A stretch of DNA of 14,252 nt from Candidatus Dadabacteria bacterium (GCA_022564935.1 JADFKM010000055.1:1-14252), one strand, 5' to 3'. Numbered from the stretch's first letter, positions 1 to 8,253 are shown. Notes: generated by a model from the sequence alone, not told the origin. Made by a program: numbers and translations.

Positions 1-2
1 TT

Positions 3-587
3 TGGAGCGTTTTCTTCCTCGTGCCCACGGGAAGGGGGGACGCGAAGTACGCCGTTACGCCACAGGAGCATGAGGAGACGTTTAACAAAATGTACGACCT
101 CTCACGAATCATGCCCTATGATATAAAGTCCACGGAAGCCCCGCATTACAGAAGGGTGTTCATTCAAAGGGAGGTAGCTGTAAGGAGGGCTGCAAAGGGC
201 GTACGTTCTTCGGAAAAATCGAGTTTGGACGATGCTATCGGGAGGGCACCGATGGGACTCAACGACGGCAAGGGGTTCGTCTTTATTTCACACACGGGCG
301 ATGTGATGCCGAGCGGTTTTTTGCCCCTGTCCGGCGGCAACGTTCGGGACCAGAGCGTAGTGGATATTTACAGGGACTCCCCTCTTTTTAAAGAGATTCG
401 GGATTATTCACTGCTCAAGGGCAAATGCGGGGTATGCGAGTTCAGGAATGTCTGCGGGGGCTCGAGAGCAAGGACTTACGCCCTTACAGGCGATTACATG
501 GAATCGGAGCCCTACTGCACCTATATTCCAAAGAAATACGGGGAGGAGGATTCGTTTCGAAAAGAGAATGAGTCGGCAACGGGCTGA
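3..587 (+). CDS. Radical SAM / SPASM-domain protein, C-terminal fragment (AhbD/NirJ/PqqE-like). The 5' end lies outside the window.
   Basis: The reading frame is open from base 3 with no upstream stop, so the gene is truncated at the window edge. The C-terminus carries the SPASM/twitch signature GKCGVCEFRNVCGGSRARTYALTGDYMESEPYC (CX2CX5C...RAR.YA.TGDY..EP.C), as in heme-d1/alternative-heme radical SAM enzymes and PqqE. Stop TGA at 585-587. Confidence 0.7.
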   Translation, partial: WSVFFLVPTGRGDAKYAVTPQEHEETFNKMYDLSRIMPYDIKSTEAPHYRRVFIQREVAVRRAAKGVRSSEKSSLDDAIGRAPMGLNDGKGFVFISHTGDVMPSGFLPLSGGNVRDQSVVDIYRDSPLFKEIRDYSLLKGKCGVCEFRNVCGGSRARTYALTGDYMESEPYCTYIPKKYGEEDSFRKENESATG

Positions 588-640
588 GCGTTACTCCGCC
601 GGCCTTTATTTGCTCCTCCCCATACATTCCCGCCATGTTC

Positions 641-2335
641 TCAGCCGTCGCTGAGGAACCTCATATCGGGGCTTAGGTTGAGACCCTTGAACAAGTGTCT
701 TTTAATTTTGCGTGTAGTTGTTTTCGGGAACTCCTCACGGCGGAGCGCGTAGTTCCTGATTCTCTTATACGGCTCCATTGTTCTATTCACCCTCTTTATC
801 TCCTCACCGAACAACCGCCACGTATTTTCATCGCTTTCATCCAGACCCTTTTTTCCCAGCGCCGCTATTACCTCTTCTCCGTTCGGGTATATCACCGCCT
901 GAATGCTCTCGTCGTCAGGGCTGAATACGAGGGCTTCTTCTATCAGCGGGCAGCGGCACAGCTTTTCCTCAAGCTCTTCGGGAAACACGTTTTTACCTCC
1001 CCTGGTCACAATCACGAACTTTTTCCTTCCCGTTATGTACAGGTATCCGTTTTCATCGAAGTACCCGATGTCGCCTGTGTGCAGCCAGCCATCTTCGGAC
1101 AGGACCTCTTTGGTGGCGCTTTCGTTTTTAAAGTACCCCTTCATGATATTAAGCCCCCTGGCGACTATCTCTCCGTTTCCCTCGTCGTCTGTGTCTCTTA
1201 TCTCGACCTCGTTGCTTGGAATGACCATACCGATGCTCTCGTTTTTCGGACTTGCGGGCGGATTTACGGTGATTATGGGAGAGGCTTCGGAGAGGCCGTA
1301 CCCCTGGAGCAGGGGGAAGCCGAGTCCCTCGAGGCCTGCGGATACCCATGCCGGGAGCGCCGCGCCGCCACTGACTACGTGTCTTATGGACTCGAGACCC
1401 AGTCTGCGTTTTACCTTCCTTCCGATGAGTTTTTCGGGCAGTATCATCGAAATCACTTTTTTAATGCCTTTTGTGTTGGATATCTCTTTTTTTATGCGTA
1501 AGAGCAGCTTCTCCAGTATCAGGGGTGCGGTAAGCCAGATCGTGGGTTTTGCGCTCTTTAAGTCTTCGGCCAATTCGCGGGGCTTTAGCCCTCTGCCGTA
1601 GAAAACGCTCATGCCCGTGTTAAATGGGTTGAGCATACCCACGGTGCTTTCATAGGCGTGGTGAATTGGTAGTATCGAAAACGCCCTGTCTCTGGGACTG
1701 CAATCGAATATCCGATACATATCGTCCACGTTTGACATTATATTGCGGTGGGAAAGCATTACCCCTTTGGGGTTTCCCGTGGTGCCCGAGGTAAAGAGAA
1801 TCTCAAGGAGGTCGCCGAGCTCGACCCTTTCGCTCCCCACCCCGGAGCCGTATTTCTCGCAGATGTCCTCAAACCCGTCCATGGGAATTAATTGAAGGGG
1901 CGAGTCCTGCTCCTCACCAAGAGATGATATTTGCGGGATGAACGTCGAGGAAAGCACAATTGCTCTTGGGGCTGAGAACGATATGATGGATTTCCATGTC
2001 TCGGCCGGGGCTCTTGAATCAAGGGGGAGGGCAGTGGCCCCAATCCATGATATCGAGAAAAAAGCCATGGCCCACTCGGGCCTGTTCTCTCCGAGAATTC
2101 CTACTATGTCGCCGCGTCCGAGGCCAAGCTCTTTCATGTATCTTGAAAGCAGCTTTACACGCTCGAGCACTTCGCCGAAGGTGAGTTTCATCAAGTCGCC
2201 GTCTCGTGGCATTAGATAAGCGGTATTGTCACCGAACATCTCGGCGCTCGCTTCTATCATCTCGGGCAATGTCTTGATCCCAAGAGAGGGTCTTTCTGTG
2301 GGGATTTTCCTTACAGGCTTTTGCAGCTTTTTCAT
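641..2335 (-). CDS. Long-chain fatty-acid--CoA ligase / AMP-dependent synthetase (FadD-like)
   Basis: 564 aa. AMP-binding motif I FTSGTTGNPKGVMLSHRN, motif II GYGLSEASP, motif III WLHTGDIGYFDENGYLYITGRKK, and the C-terminal GRKKFVIVTRGGKNVFPEELEE typical of long-chain acyl-CoA synthetases. ATG at 2335 preceded by GAGGG. Confidence 0.85.
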   Translation of the reverse strand: MKKLQKPVRKIPTERPSLGIKTLPEMIEASAEMFGDNTAYLMPRDGDLMKLTFGEVLERVKLLSRYMKELGLGRGDIVGILGENRPEWAMAFFSISWIGATALPLDSRAPAETWKSIISFSAPRAIVLSSTFIPQISSLGEEQDSPLQLIPMDGFEDICEKYGSGVGSERVELGDLLEILFTSGTTGNPKGVMLSHRNIMSNVDDMYRIFDCSPRDRAFSILPIHHAYESTVGMLNPFNTGMSVFYGRGLKPRELAEDLKSAKPTIWLTAPLILEKLLLRIKKEISNTKGIKKVISMILPEKLIGRKVKRRLGLESIRHVVSGGAALPAWVSAGLEGLGFPLLQGYGLSEASPIITVNPPASPKNESIGMVIPSNEVEIRDTDDEGNGEIVARGLNIMKGYFKNESATKEVLSEDGWLHTGDIGYFDENGYLYITGRKKFVIVTRGGKNVFPEELEEKLCRCPLIEEALVFSPDDESIQAVIYPNGEEVIAALGKKGLDESDENTWRLFGEEIKRVNRTMEPYKRIRNYALRREEFPKTTTRKIKRHLFKGLNLSPDMRFLSDG

Positions 2336-2463
2336 CGTACGGCCCTCAAAGGGCTAGAGCCTTCAGTGTGTAATGATAAAACATTGACCTCGGATTTGCC
2401 ATTTTGAGCTGCACGTCACCGAAATTTATTTGATTGGCAGGTGTTACGGTGCTCGTAAAGGGG

Positions 2464-3255
2464 TCAATTCTTAACCAGGGACACCGTGAGGAATACGGTG
2501 CCGAGCACGAGAACAATCGTCGCCCCCGAAGCGAGGTCGAGCATGTACGAGACCCATAATCCGGCCACGGTGCAGCAAACCCCGGTGAGTGTCGAGAGCA
2601 GGAACAGCTTCCCTATGTTGTAAGTAAACCTCTTGGAAATCGCGGCGGGAATAGTCAACAGTGCGATTACCATTATCACGCCTACGGCCTTGATGAGCAC
2701 GACTACGCTGAGCGCTATCAAACACAGGAGCAGGAAATAGAGTCTTTCCGTCGAGATGCCGATTGCGCTGGAGTATTCCTCGTCAAACGATATGGCGAGG
2801 AATTCCCTGTGGAAGATACCGACGGTGGAAATGATTATCAGGTCTAGGACGAGCATAACCACAAGCTCTCCGGTCGGCACGGTCAATATGTTGCCGAAGA
2901 GGTAGCTCATGAGGTCGGGAGCGTAGCCGGGGCTCAGGTCGATGAATATAATCCCCAGGGATATGCCTACAGTCCACAAAATGCCGATGGCGGTGTCTTC
3001 GGCCACTTTGAGCCTTCTGTTTATTATGCCGATACAAACGGCGGAGAGGAGGCTGAAAGGTATCGCAGTTACAATGGGATTTACGCCCAGGAGGTAGCCG
3101 AGGCCTATTCCTCCTAATGAGGCATGTGATATGCCTCCGCTTATGAAGGTGATCCTCTTTATGACAACGTAGGTTCCGATAACGCCGCACGCCACGCTTA
3201 TGAGTACCGAGGCGTAAAGAGCGTGTCTAATAAATTCATACTTTAGTAATTCCAT
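2464..3255 (-). CDS. znuB: Metal (Zn2+/Mn2+) ABC transporter permease, ABC-3 family (ZnuB/TroC-like)
   Basis: 263 aa, highly hydrophobic with about 8 predicted TM segments. N-terminal pattern typical of ZnuB/MntB: [54 protein letters not shown]. The ATG overlaps the upstream ATPase stop by one nt (TAATG at 3255). Confidence 0.8.
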   Translation of the reverse strand: MELLKYEFIRHALYASVLISVACGVIGTYVVIKRITFISGGISHASLGGIGLGYLLGVNPIVTAIPFSLLSAVCIGIINRRLKVAEDTAIGILWTVGISLGIIFIDLSPGYAPDLMSYLFGNILTVPTGELVVMLVLDLIIISTVGIFHREFLAISFDEEYSSAIGISTERLYFLLLCLIALSVVVLIKAVGVIMVIALLTIPAAISKRFTYNIGKLFLLSTLTGVCCTVAGLWVSYMLDLASGATIVLVLGTVFLTVSLVKN

Positions 3256-4013
3256 TATCTCTGCTTGTGCTTGTGCAGTACCCTGTGTGGTATTCCGTGT
3301 GCGATAAGGTCAATGGGGCAATGGTACATTTCTTCGATCACGTCCGCCGCGCCTTCGGCAGGGCCGTGATAAAACAGCTTCCTGTTGAGGCATACCACTT
3401 TATTGACGTGGGCAAAAACCACCCCGACGTCGTGGCTTACCATCACTATGGCCATCTTTGATTTGAGCTCTTCGAGGAGCTCGTAGAAAGAGTTCTGCAT
3501 CTCGGGGTCGATGCTTGCTGTGGGCTCATCGAGAAGGAGCAGTTTCGGCTCCCTCACGATTGCACGGGCGAGAAACACTCTTTGCATCTGACCGTCGGAC
3601 AGGGAGCCGATTTGCCTGTTCGCGAGCTCAACCATCCCTACCTTTTCCAGCGCCCATTCGACCGCCGTTCTGTCCCGGGCCGATATGCGTGTCATAAAGC
3701 CTCTGTATCTACTCATGAGCACCGTATCGAACACGCTGATGGGAAAACCGGGGTCGAATGAGCTGTGCTGCGGGAGGTATCCGATGTGCTTTCTCCCTTT
3801 GGCCGCTTTAGTGCCGAAGACCTTCACATCGCCGACGCCGGGTGTCAGCAGGCCGAGCATGACTTTCAGCAGCGTTGTTTTGCCGCTTCCATTAGGCCCT
3901 ATGACGGCGGCAAAATCGTTTTGGTCGATGGAGAGATCCACATCTTCAAGTACAGCGCTCTCGCCAATGATTACCGTTACCCCCTTCAGGCTCACGATTT
4001 CGGTGTTCGTCAT
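3255..4013 (-). CDS. znuC: Metal ABC transporter ATP-binding protein (ZnuC-like)
   Basis: 252 aa. Walker [13 protein letters not shown] signature LSDGQMQRV, Walker B LLLLDEP, and a C-terminal His-containing tail as in ZnuC/MntA. Starts 4 nt after the znuA-like stop. Confidence 0.85.
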   Translation of the reverse strand: MTNTEIVSLKGVTVIIGESAVLEDVDLSIDQNDFAAVIGPNGSGKTTLLKVMLGLLTPGVGDVKVFGTKAAKGRKHIGYLPQHSSFDPGFPISVFDTVLMSRYRGFMTRISARDRTAVEWALEKVGMVELANRQIGSLSDGQMQRVFLARAIVREPKLLLLDEPTASIDPEMQNSFYELLEELKSKMAIVMVSHDVGVVFAHVNKVVCLNRKLFYHGPAEGAADVIEEMYHCPIDLIAHGIPHRVLHKHKQR

Positions 4014-4017
4014 TTAT

Positions 4018-4971
4018 TTAATGCCCCCTTGAATTCGTTGAAAGGTGCTCTACCAACTTGTAGACGTTGTTTACGTAGTCTCTTGCAAGCGGGCTTATGA
4101 GCGCTACCGAGCCGTTTATTTCCTTTGCGATTAACTCCGGGCCTGTGGTGCTGAACTCGGGCGAGGCGATAATCAGAGTGATGTTGTACTTCCTGGCCTT
4201 TTCAATAGCTTTTGCTATTGTTCTTACTGAAAGCCCCTTTCCGTGTTTTTCTATTGATATTTGCTCCATACCGTACTCGTTTGCAAAGTAGCCCCATGAG
4301 GGGTGGTATACCATAAATTTGGTAATATTTCGGCTCTTAACGGTTTTTTGAATATACATATTCAATTTTTCAAGCTCCCGCAGATACCGGTCTCTATTTC
4401 TCTCATAATAACCTTTGTTCATATTATCGACGCTGATGAGGACCCTGCAAATATTCTCAACCATGAGCATTGCATTGAGGGGGGAGAGCCATATATGCGG
4501 GTCGTATCCGTGGCGGGCATGTTCCGTGCGACTAGAGTCTCCTTCGCTGACTGTAGCGCCGGACGAATAGAGGAGCGGCACCCCCTCGGAGGAATTCACG
4601 ACTCTCATTTCTTTGTTTAGTTGAGCCAGCTTTGCAGTCAAGGTACGCTCGAATTCAATATTGGTGCCGACCTTTACCATGAGCTGCGCGGATGAGAGGG
4701 CTTTTAACAGGCTTGGTTTTGGTTCGTATGTATGGGGGTTTGCTCCCTGGGGTATGAGTGCCGTTACATCAACTTTGTTTCCGCCCACCCTTTTTGTGAA
4801 TTCACCGAGGGGCGGTATTGTAACGATCACCCTGAGCCTGTCCTGCTCGCTCCCTGAATGTACATGGGTTGGACAGCAGACATAAAAGCCCAGAATTATG
4901 GTGATTAAGAACTGCGGCAATATTTTGATAAAATTCTCACCTGCAGGCAATTTAGCACAAAACAGAAGCAA
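4018..4971 (-). CDS. znuA: Metal ABC transporter substrate-binding protein, cluster A-I (ZnuA/TroA-like). Start codon uncertain.
   Basis: 317 aa. DPHIWLSP hallmark of ZnuA/TroA-type binding proteins. N-terminal hydrophobic signal/lipoprotein-like segment (ILPQFLITIILGFYVCC). The annotated start is a TTG at 4971 with a weak RBS, and an in-frame TTG a few codons downstream is an alternative. Zn versus Mn specificity cannot be decided from sequence. Confidence 0.78.
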   Translation of the reverse strand: MLLFCAKLPAGENFIKILPQFLITIILGFYVCCPTHVHSGSEQDRLRVIVTIPPLGEFTKRVGGNKVDVTALIPQGANPHTYEPKPSLLKALSSAQLMVKVGTNIEFERTLTAKLAQLNKEMRVVNSSEGVPLLYSSGATVSEGDSSRTEHARHGYDPHIWLSPLNAMLMVENICRVLISVDNMNKGYYERNRDRYLRELEKLNMYIQKTVKSRNITKFMVYHPSWGYFANEYGMEQISIEKHGKGLSVRTIAKAIEKARKYNITLIIASPEFSTTGPELIAKEINGSVALISPLARDYVNNVYKLVEHLSTNSRGH

Positions 4972-4983
4972 TTTCTCGAAAAC

Positions 4984-4993
4984 GTATTAATAC
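4984..4993. promoter_or_regulatory. Perfect 10-bp palindrome GTATTAATAC immediately upstream of the znuA-like start. Candidate Zur/Fur-family metalloregulator operator.
   Basis: Seen directly: gtattaatac is its own reverse complement. It is AT-rich like Fur/Zur boxes and lies 13-22 nt upstream of the znuA-like TTG start, in the divergent promoter region. Confidence 0.3.
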
Positions 4994-5124
4994 CAAATTA
5001 ACATGAATTCTCGATTGGCCAAAGGCGCTTAAAGTAAAAATTTTTGAAATTGACCCATTAATGAGATAATAATTAGTAGATTCTAAAAATGAAGCCTATT
5101 ATGTGTAATGTTCAGCGCCATCGA

Positions 5125-5146
5125 GGGAGGGGAGTAAGGGGGAGGG
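5125..5146 (+). other. G-quadruplex-forming motif (GGG-A-GGGG-AGTAA-GGGGG-A-GGG) in the 5' region of the protease gene
   Basis: Four G-runs of at least 3 separated by loops of 1, 5 and 1 nt on the plus strand, 44-65 nt upstream of the protease GTG start. This is the only such tract in the window. Confidence 0.3.
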
Positions 5147-5189
5147 AAATTTCTCAAATATATCCGATTTTTAATTTATGGAGGTCTAA

Positions 5190-6908
5190 GTGAAATACAC
5201 GTCCATGCGGTGTTTTACGACTTTCAAACGAGCCGTTGCTCCTCGTGTATTAAATACAGTCTTTCATGTTGTTCCTGTTTTCTTGTTCGTTCTCGCCGCC
5301 CCTGCCAATGCTCAAGTGGTTAGCAAAAAGGTTTATGAAGCACTTAATCAACATAGAGCTGCGAGCGTTATAGTGATTTTGAAAGAGCCCGACGCCCCGC
5401 CTTCCGACCTCGCATCACGCTCTAGGGAAATAGTGGGTAACAGCATCAGGGTTCTCTCCAAGCTGGGCGCCGAGGATTTCGAGCTGGTTTATTTATGGCA
5501 GGGCATTAACGCATTTGCCGGTATTGTGAGTCTCAGCGGGCTGAGCAAGCTCGAGGCCGACCCGGATGTGGTGCGGGTAGTGCTCGATACGGGGGGTAGG
5601 GGCGGGCTTGCCCAGAGCGTTCCGCTCATAAACGGCGACATTGTGAGGAGCTTCGGATTTACGGGAATGGGCGTGGTTGTGGCCATTCTCGATACGGGGG
5701 TAGATTCCGACCACCCGGATTTATCGGGTGACATTATAGACCAGCAGTGTTTCTGCAGGCGCGCCGACCAAAGCGGCTGCTGTCCCGGGGGGTTTACCGA
5801 GCGCAGCGGCCCCCTCAGCGCCGAGGACGACAACGGCCATGGGACCAACATAGCCGGTATCATCACTTCCGAGGGCATTGTGGCGCCGATTGGTGTGGCC
5901 CCCGATGCTCAAATCATAGTCGTAAAGGTGCTCGACAGCTCGAACCGCTTCACCTTTATCTCACAGATACTTTCGGGACTTAACTGGATAATTATGAACC
6001 ACCCCGAAGTCGATGTGATAAATATGAGTCTGGGAACCGATCAGCTTTTTACCAGCTTTTGTGACAATGAGAGTGCGGGGGCGGCCCTGAAGAGCGCCGT
6101 GGACACGTTGAAGAGCAACGGCGTGTTTATTTCCGTCTCTTCAATGAATGATGGGTCAAAAGACAGCATAGCCGCTCCTGCGTGCCTTACGAGCACCATC
6201 GCCGTTAGCGCCGTATTCGATGCGGACGTTGGGGCGTCGATTCGCTTTAACTGTGTGGACATATCCACAGCGGCCGACGTGGTGCCGTGCTTTGCCAACA
6301 CAAACGAGATAGTAGACCTGATGGCTCCCGGCTCGGAAATAACCTCTTCGGGCCCCGCCGGACGTACGTTGACCCAATCTGGAACCTCACAGGCAGCCGC
6401 GCACGTATCGGGAGCGGCCGCCGTGCTGCTTGCGGTTGACCCCACGCTGAGTCCCGACGAAGTGCTCGGTGTGCTCGAGTCTACCGGAGTGATAGTTACG
6501 GACAGTGAAAACGATCTGTCGTTCCCGAGGATTAATCTCCTTGCTGCGGTAAATTCCATTACGGGGTCAGGCGGGGAGGACTGTGACGACGGAGCCGATA
6601 ACGACGGGAACGGCAGGATAGATTGCGCCGATGAGGCGTGCGACGGAATCGAGAGGGATGACGGCTCTGTGTGTGAGTTCGAATTGGAGCAGACCTGTAA
6701 CGACGGCTTTGACAACGATGCCGACGGCGATGTGGACAACGCCGATAGTGATTGCACCAGGCGTAACAGGGGAAGCATAAGAGGCTTAAAGTGTTCGCTC
6801 TCGGGTGCGGCAAGCTCTTATGGGGGGGATGCGGCTTTGAACCTGTTTTTGGTTCTGATATCGGCGCTTCCTGTGGTTTACAGACGCATCAAGGGAGTTA
6901 AGGGTTAG
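5190..6908 (+). CDS. Secreted subtilisin-family (peptidase S8) serine protease with C-terminal Cys-rich MopE-like repeats and a sorting-signal-like tail
   Basis: 572 aa. Catalytic triad motifs VAILDTGVD (Asp), DDNGHGTNIAG (His), GTSQAAAHVSGAAAVL (Ser). N-terminal signal peptide (...VFLFVLAAPANA/QV). GTG start at 5190 with GGAGG 7 nt upstream; ATG 5205 is an alternative. The C-terminus carries two CxDGxDNDGxGxxDCxDxxC repeats, then GG plus a TM helix plus RRIKGVKG. Confidence 0.85.
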   Translation: MKYTSMRCFTTFKRAVAPRVLNTVFHVVPVFLFVLAAPANAQVVSKKVYEALNQHRAASVIVILKEPDAPPSDLASRSREIVGNSIRVLSKLGAEDFELVYLWQGINAFAGIVSLSGLSKLEADPDVVRVVLDTGGRGGLAQSVPLINGDIVRSFGFTGMGVVVAILDTGVDSDHPDLSGDIIDQQCFCRRADQSGCCPGGFTERSGPLSAEDDNGHGTNIAGIITSEGIVAPIGVAPDAQIIVVKVLDSSNRFTFISQILSGLNWIIMNHPEVDVINMSLGTDQLFTSFCDNESAGAALKSAVDTLKSNGVFISVSSMNDGSKDSIAAPACLTSTIAVSAVFDADVGASIRFNCVDISTAADVVPCFANTNEIVDLMAPGSEITSSGPAGRTLTQSGTSQAAAHVSGAAAVLLAVDPTLSPDEVLGVLESTGVIVTDSENDLSFPRINLLAAVNSITGSGGEDCDDGADNDGNGRIDCADEACDGIERDDGSVCEFELEQTCNDGFDNDADGDVDNADSDCTRRNRGSIRGLKCSLSGAASSYGGDAALNLFLVLISALPVVYRRIKGVKG

Positions 6909-7063
6909 TATCTACATGATTCAAGGCGCCCGAGTTTTTGCGTTCGATTTCGTCGCTGATTCGTGTATGGTCGATTTGATTTGCATTAAGCTATACTGTA
7001 ACTTTTGTGGTACACTAATGCTGTTTTGAATGAATCAAAAAATACATCAGGAGGCAGAGAGCT

Positions 7064-7999
7064 GTGAAATTTCCTTTAAAGAACCAAATAGGGATCGCAA
7101 TAGCGATCATAGTGGTGGGTTTTTTACTGTTTAATCCCATCGTTACGATCGAGAGCGGAGAGGTGGGGATTCTAAAAACTTGGGGAAAGTTTAGCCCGGA
7201 GGAGCAGATGCCCGGCATCCATTTTATTTTCCCCGGTATGCAGAGGATACAGAAGGTGGATGTGAGGGTTCATACGATTAACTACAGCCGTAGCGAAAGA
7301 ACCGAAAGAGCGGGAATCTTGAACAGACCCCCGATACAGGTCTTAGACCAGAGGGGCTTGCCCATTATCATAGAGCAGACGGTTCAGTTCAGACTGATAA
7401 AGGACAGGGCTTCGGAAACTGTGGCGAGGTGGGGCACCGAGTGGGATATAAAAATAATCAACCCCACGGTCAGAGAGGTAGTAAGGGACGTAGTGGGCAA
7501 CTTCCCGGCCGAGCTTATCCCCATTAAGAGACAGGAGATCGCGCTGGGAATAGCCGACAAGGTCAAGGAGAGGATCAAGGTTATATCTGAGAACTCGATA
7601 GAAATAGTGGGCGTGCAGCTCAGAAATGTGGAATTACCCCCAGAGATAGCCCAGAAGATAAAAGAGGTCCAGGTCGCCAAACAGGAAGTCGAAAGGACCG
7701 TGCACCTAGAGGAAAAGGCCAAGAGGGTGCAGAAGGTAAAGTTGATCGAGGCCGAGACCGAGAAGCTTGAGAAGATCAAGAAAGCCGAGGGTGAGGCACA
7801 AAAGTCGATAAAAGAAGCCGAGGGCGTTGCCCAGGCTAACAGGCTGATTCAAAAGTCAATCTCCCCGGAAGTCATTAGGTGGAAGAACCTCGATGTGCAG
7901 ATGAGGGTGGCCGAGAGCCTCAAGAGCAACCAGAACGCCACGGTGTTTTTGAACACCCCTCAGGCTACGGGCCTACACATGTGGCTGGAGAAAAAGTAG
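7064..7999 (+). CDS. SPFH/band-7 domain membrane protein (HflC/prohibitin-like)
   Basis: 311 aa. N-terminal TM helix (IGIAIAIIVVGFLLF) followed by a typical SPFH start ESGEVGILKTWGKF...IHFIFPGMQRIQKVDVRV, and a C-terminal coiled-coil (EKAKRVQKVKLIEAETEKLEKIKKAEGEAQK). GTG start at 7064 with GGAGG 9 nt upstream. Confidence 0.8.
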   Translation: MKFPLKNQIGIAIAIIVVGFLLFNPIVTIESGEVGILKTWGKFSPEEQMPGIHFIFPGMQRIQKVDVRVHTINYSRSERTERAGILNRPPIQVLDQRGLPIIIEQTVQFRLIKDRASETVARWGTEWDIKIINPTVREVVRDVVGNFPAELIPIKRQEIALGIADKVKERIKVISENSIEIVGVQLRNVELPPEIAQKIKEVQVAKQEVERTVHLEEKAKRVQKVKLIEAETEKLEKIKKAEGEAQKSIKEAEGVAQANRLIQKSISPEVIRWKNLDVQMRVAESLKSNQNATVFLNTPQATGLHMWLEKK

Positions 8000-8253
8000 A
8001 GCGCAGTGGTATTGGGATTATGTGTTTGTTGAGATAGACCGGTCCGCTCCACAGTCCGAGGATATTACGTGTGAAGCCAAACCAGGTTGTGTGATAGGGG
8101 TTTCGGCGTTAATGGCTTCTCAGAGTGGGTACTATCGACGGTCTGTACAGTGTATGGGCGCGGTCTTATGGAATTTCGCCGGCAGCTCGGTCAGAGCCCT
8201 GAGATTCCGCAAGTGGCCTGAGGAGCTGTCGTGGTGGCGTTACACTTCGCACG

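Noticed and set aside
588-640. Possible intrinsic terminator between the convergent radical-SAM and acyl-CoA ligase genes
   Set aside because: I looked for a GC-rich inverted repeat followed by a T-run. Only ccgcc/ccgcc direct repeats and a self-palindromic GCCGGC are present. No credible hairpin.
695-1601. Two long plus-strand ORFs (268 aa and 232 aa, Ser/Pro/Phe-rich) inside the acyl-CoA ligase gene
   Set aside because: They are antisense to a gene with unmistakable AMP-binding motifs. Their composition is low-complexity with no motifs. They are shadow ORFs of the minus-strand CDS.
2471-3190. Arg/His-rich ORFs (84 and 135 aa) overlapping the znuB-like gene in another minus-strand frame
   Set aside because: They are alternative-frame translations of a clearly membrane-protein-encoding region. 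Their composition is highly basic and non-protein-like. No support.
6041-6778. 245-aa minus-strand ORF, extremely Ser/Pro/Ala-rich
   Set aside because: Antisense to the S8 protease catalytic and C-terminal regions. The low-complexity translation is typical of reverse-frame reading through GC-rich codons. No start context.
6909-6960. Possible terminator after the protease (aaggcgcccgagtttttgcg)
   Set aside because: The T-run is present, but the preceding stem (ggcgcc) is a self-palindrome of 6 nt without a real loop or partner. Too weak to call.
7384-7779. 131-aa minus-strand ORF inside the SPFH gene
   Set aside because: Antisense to the SPFH coiled-coil region. Ser/Thr/Leu-rich, low complexity, no motifs.
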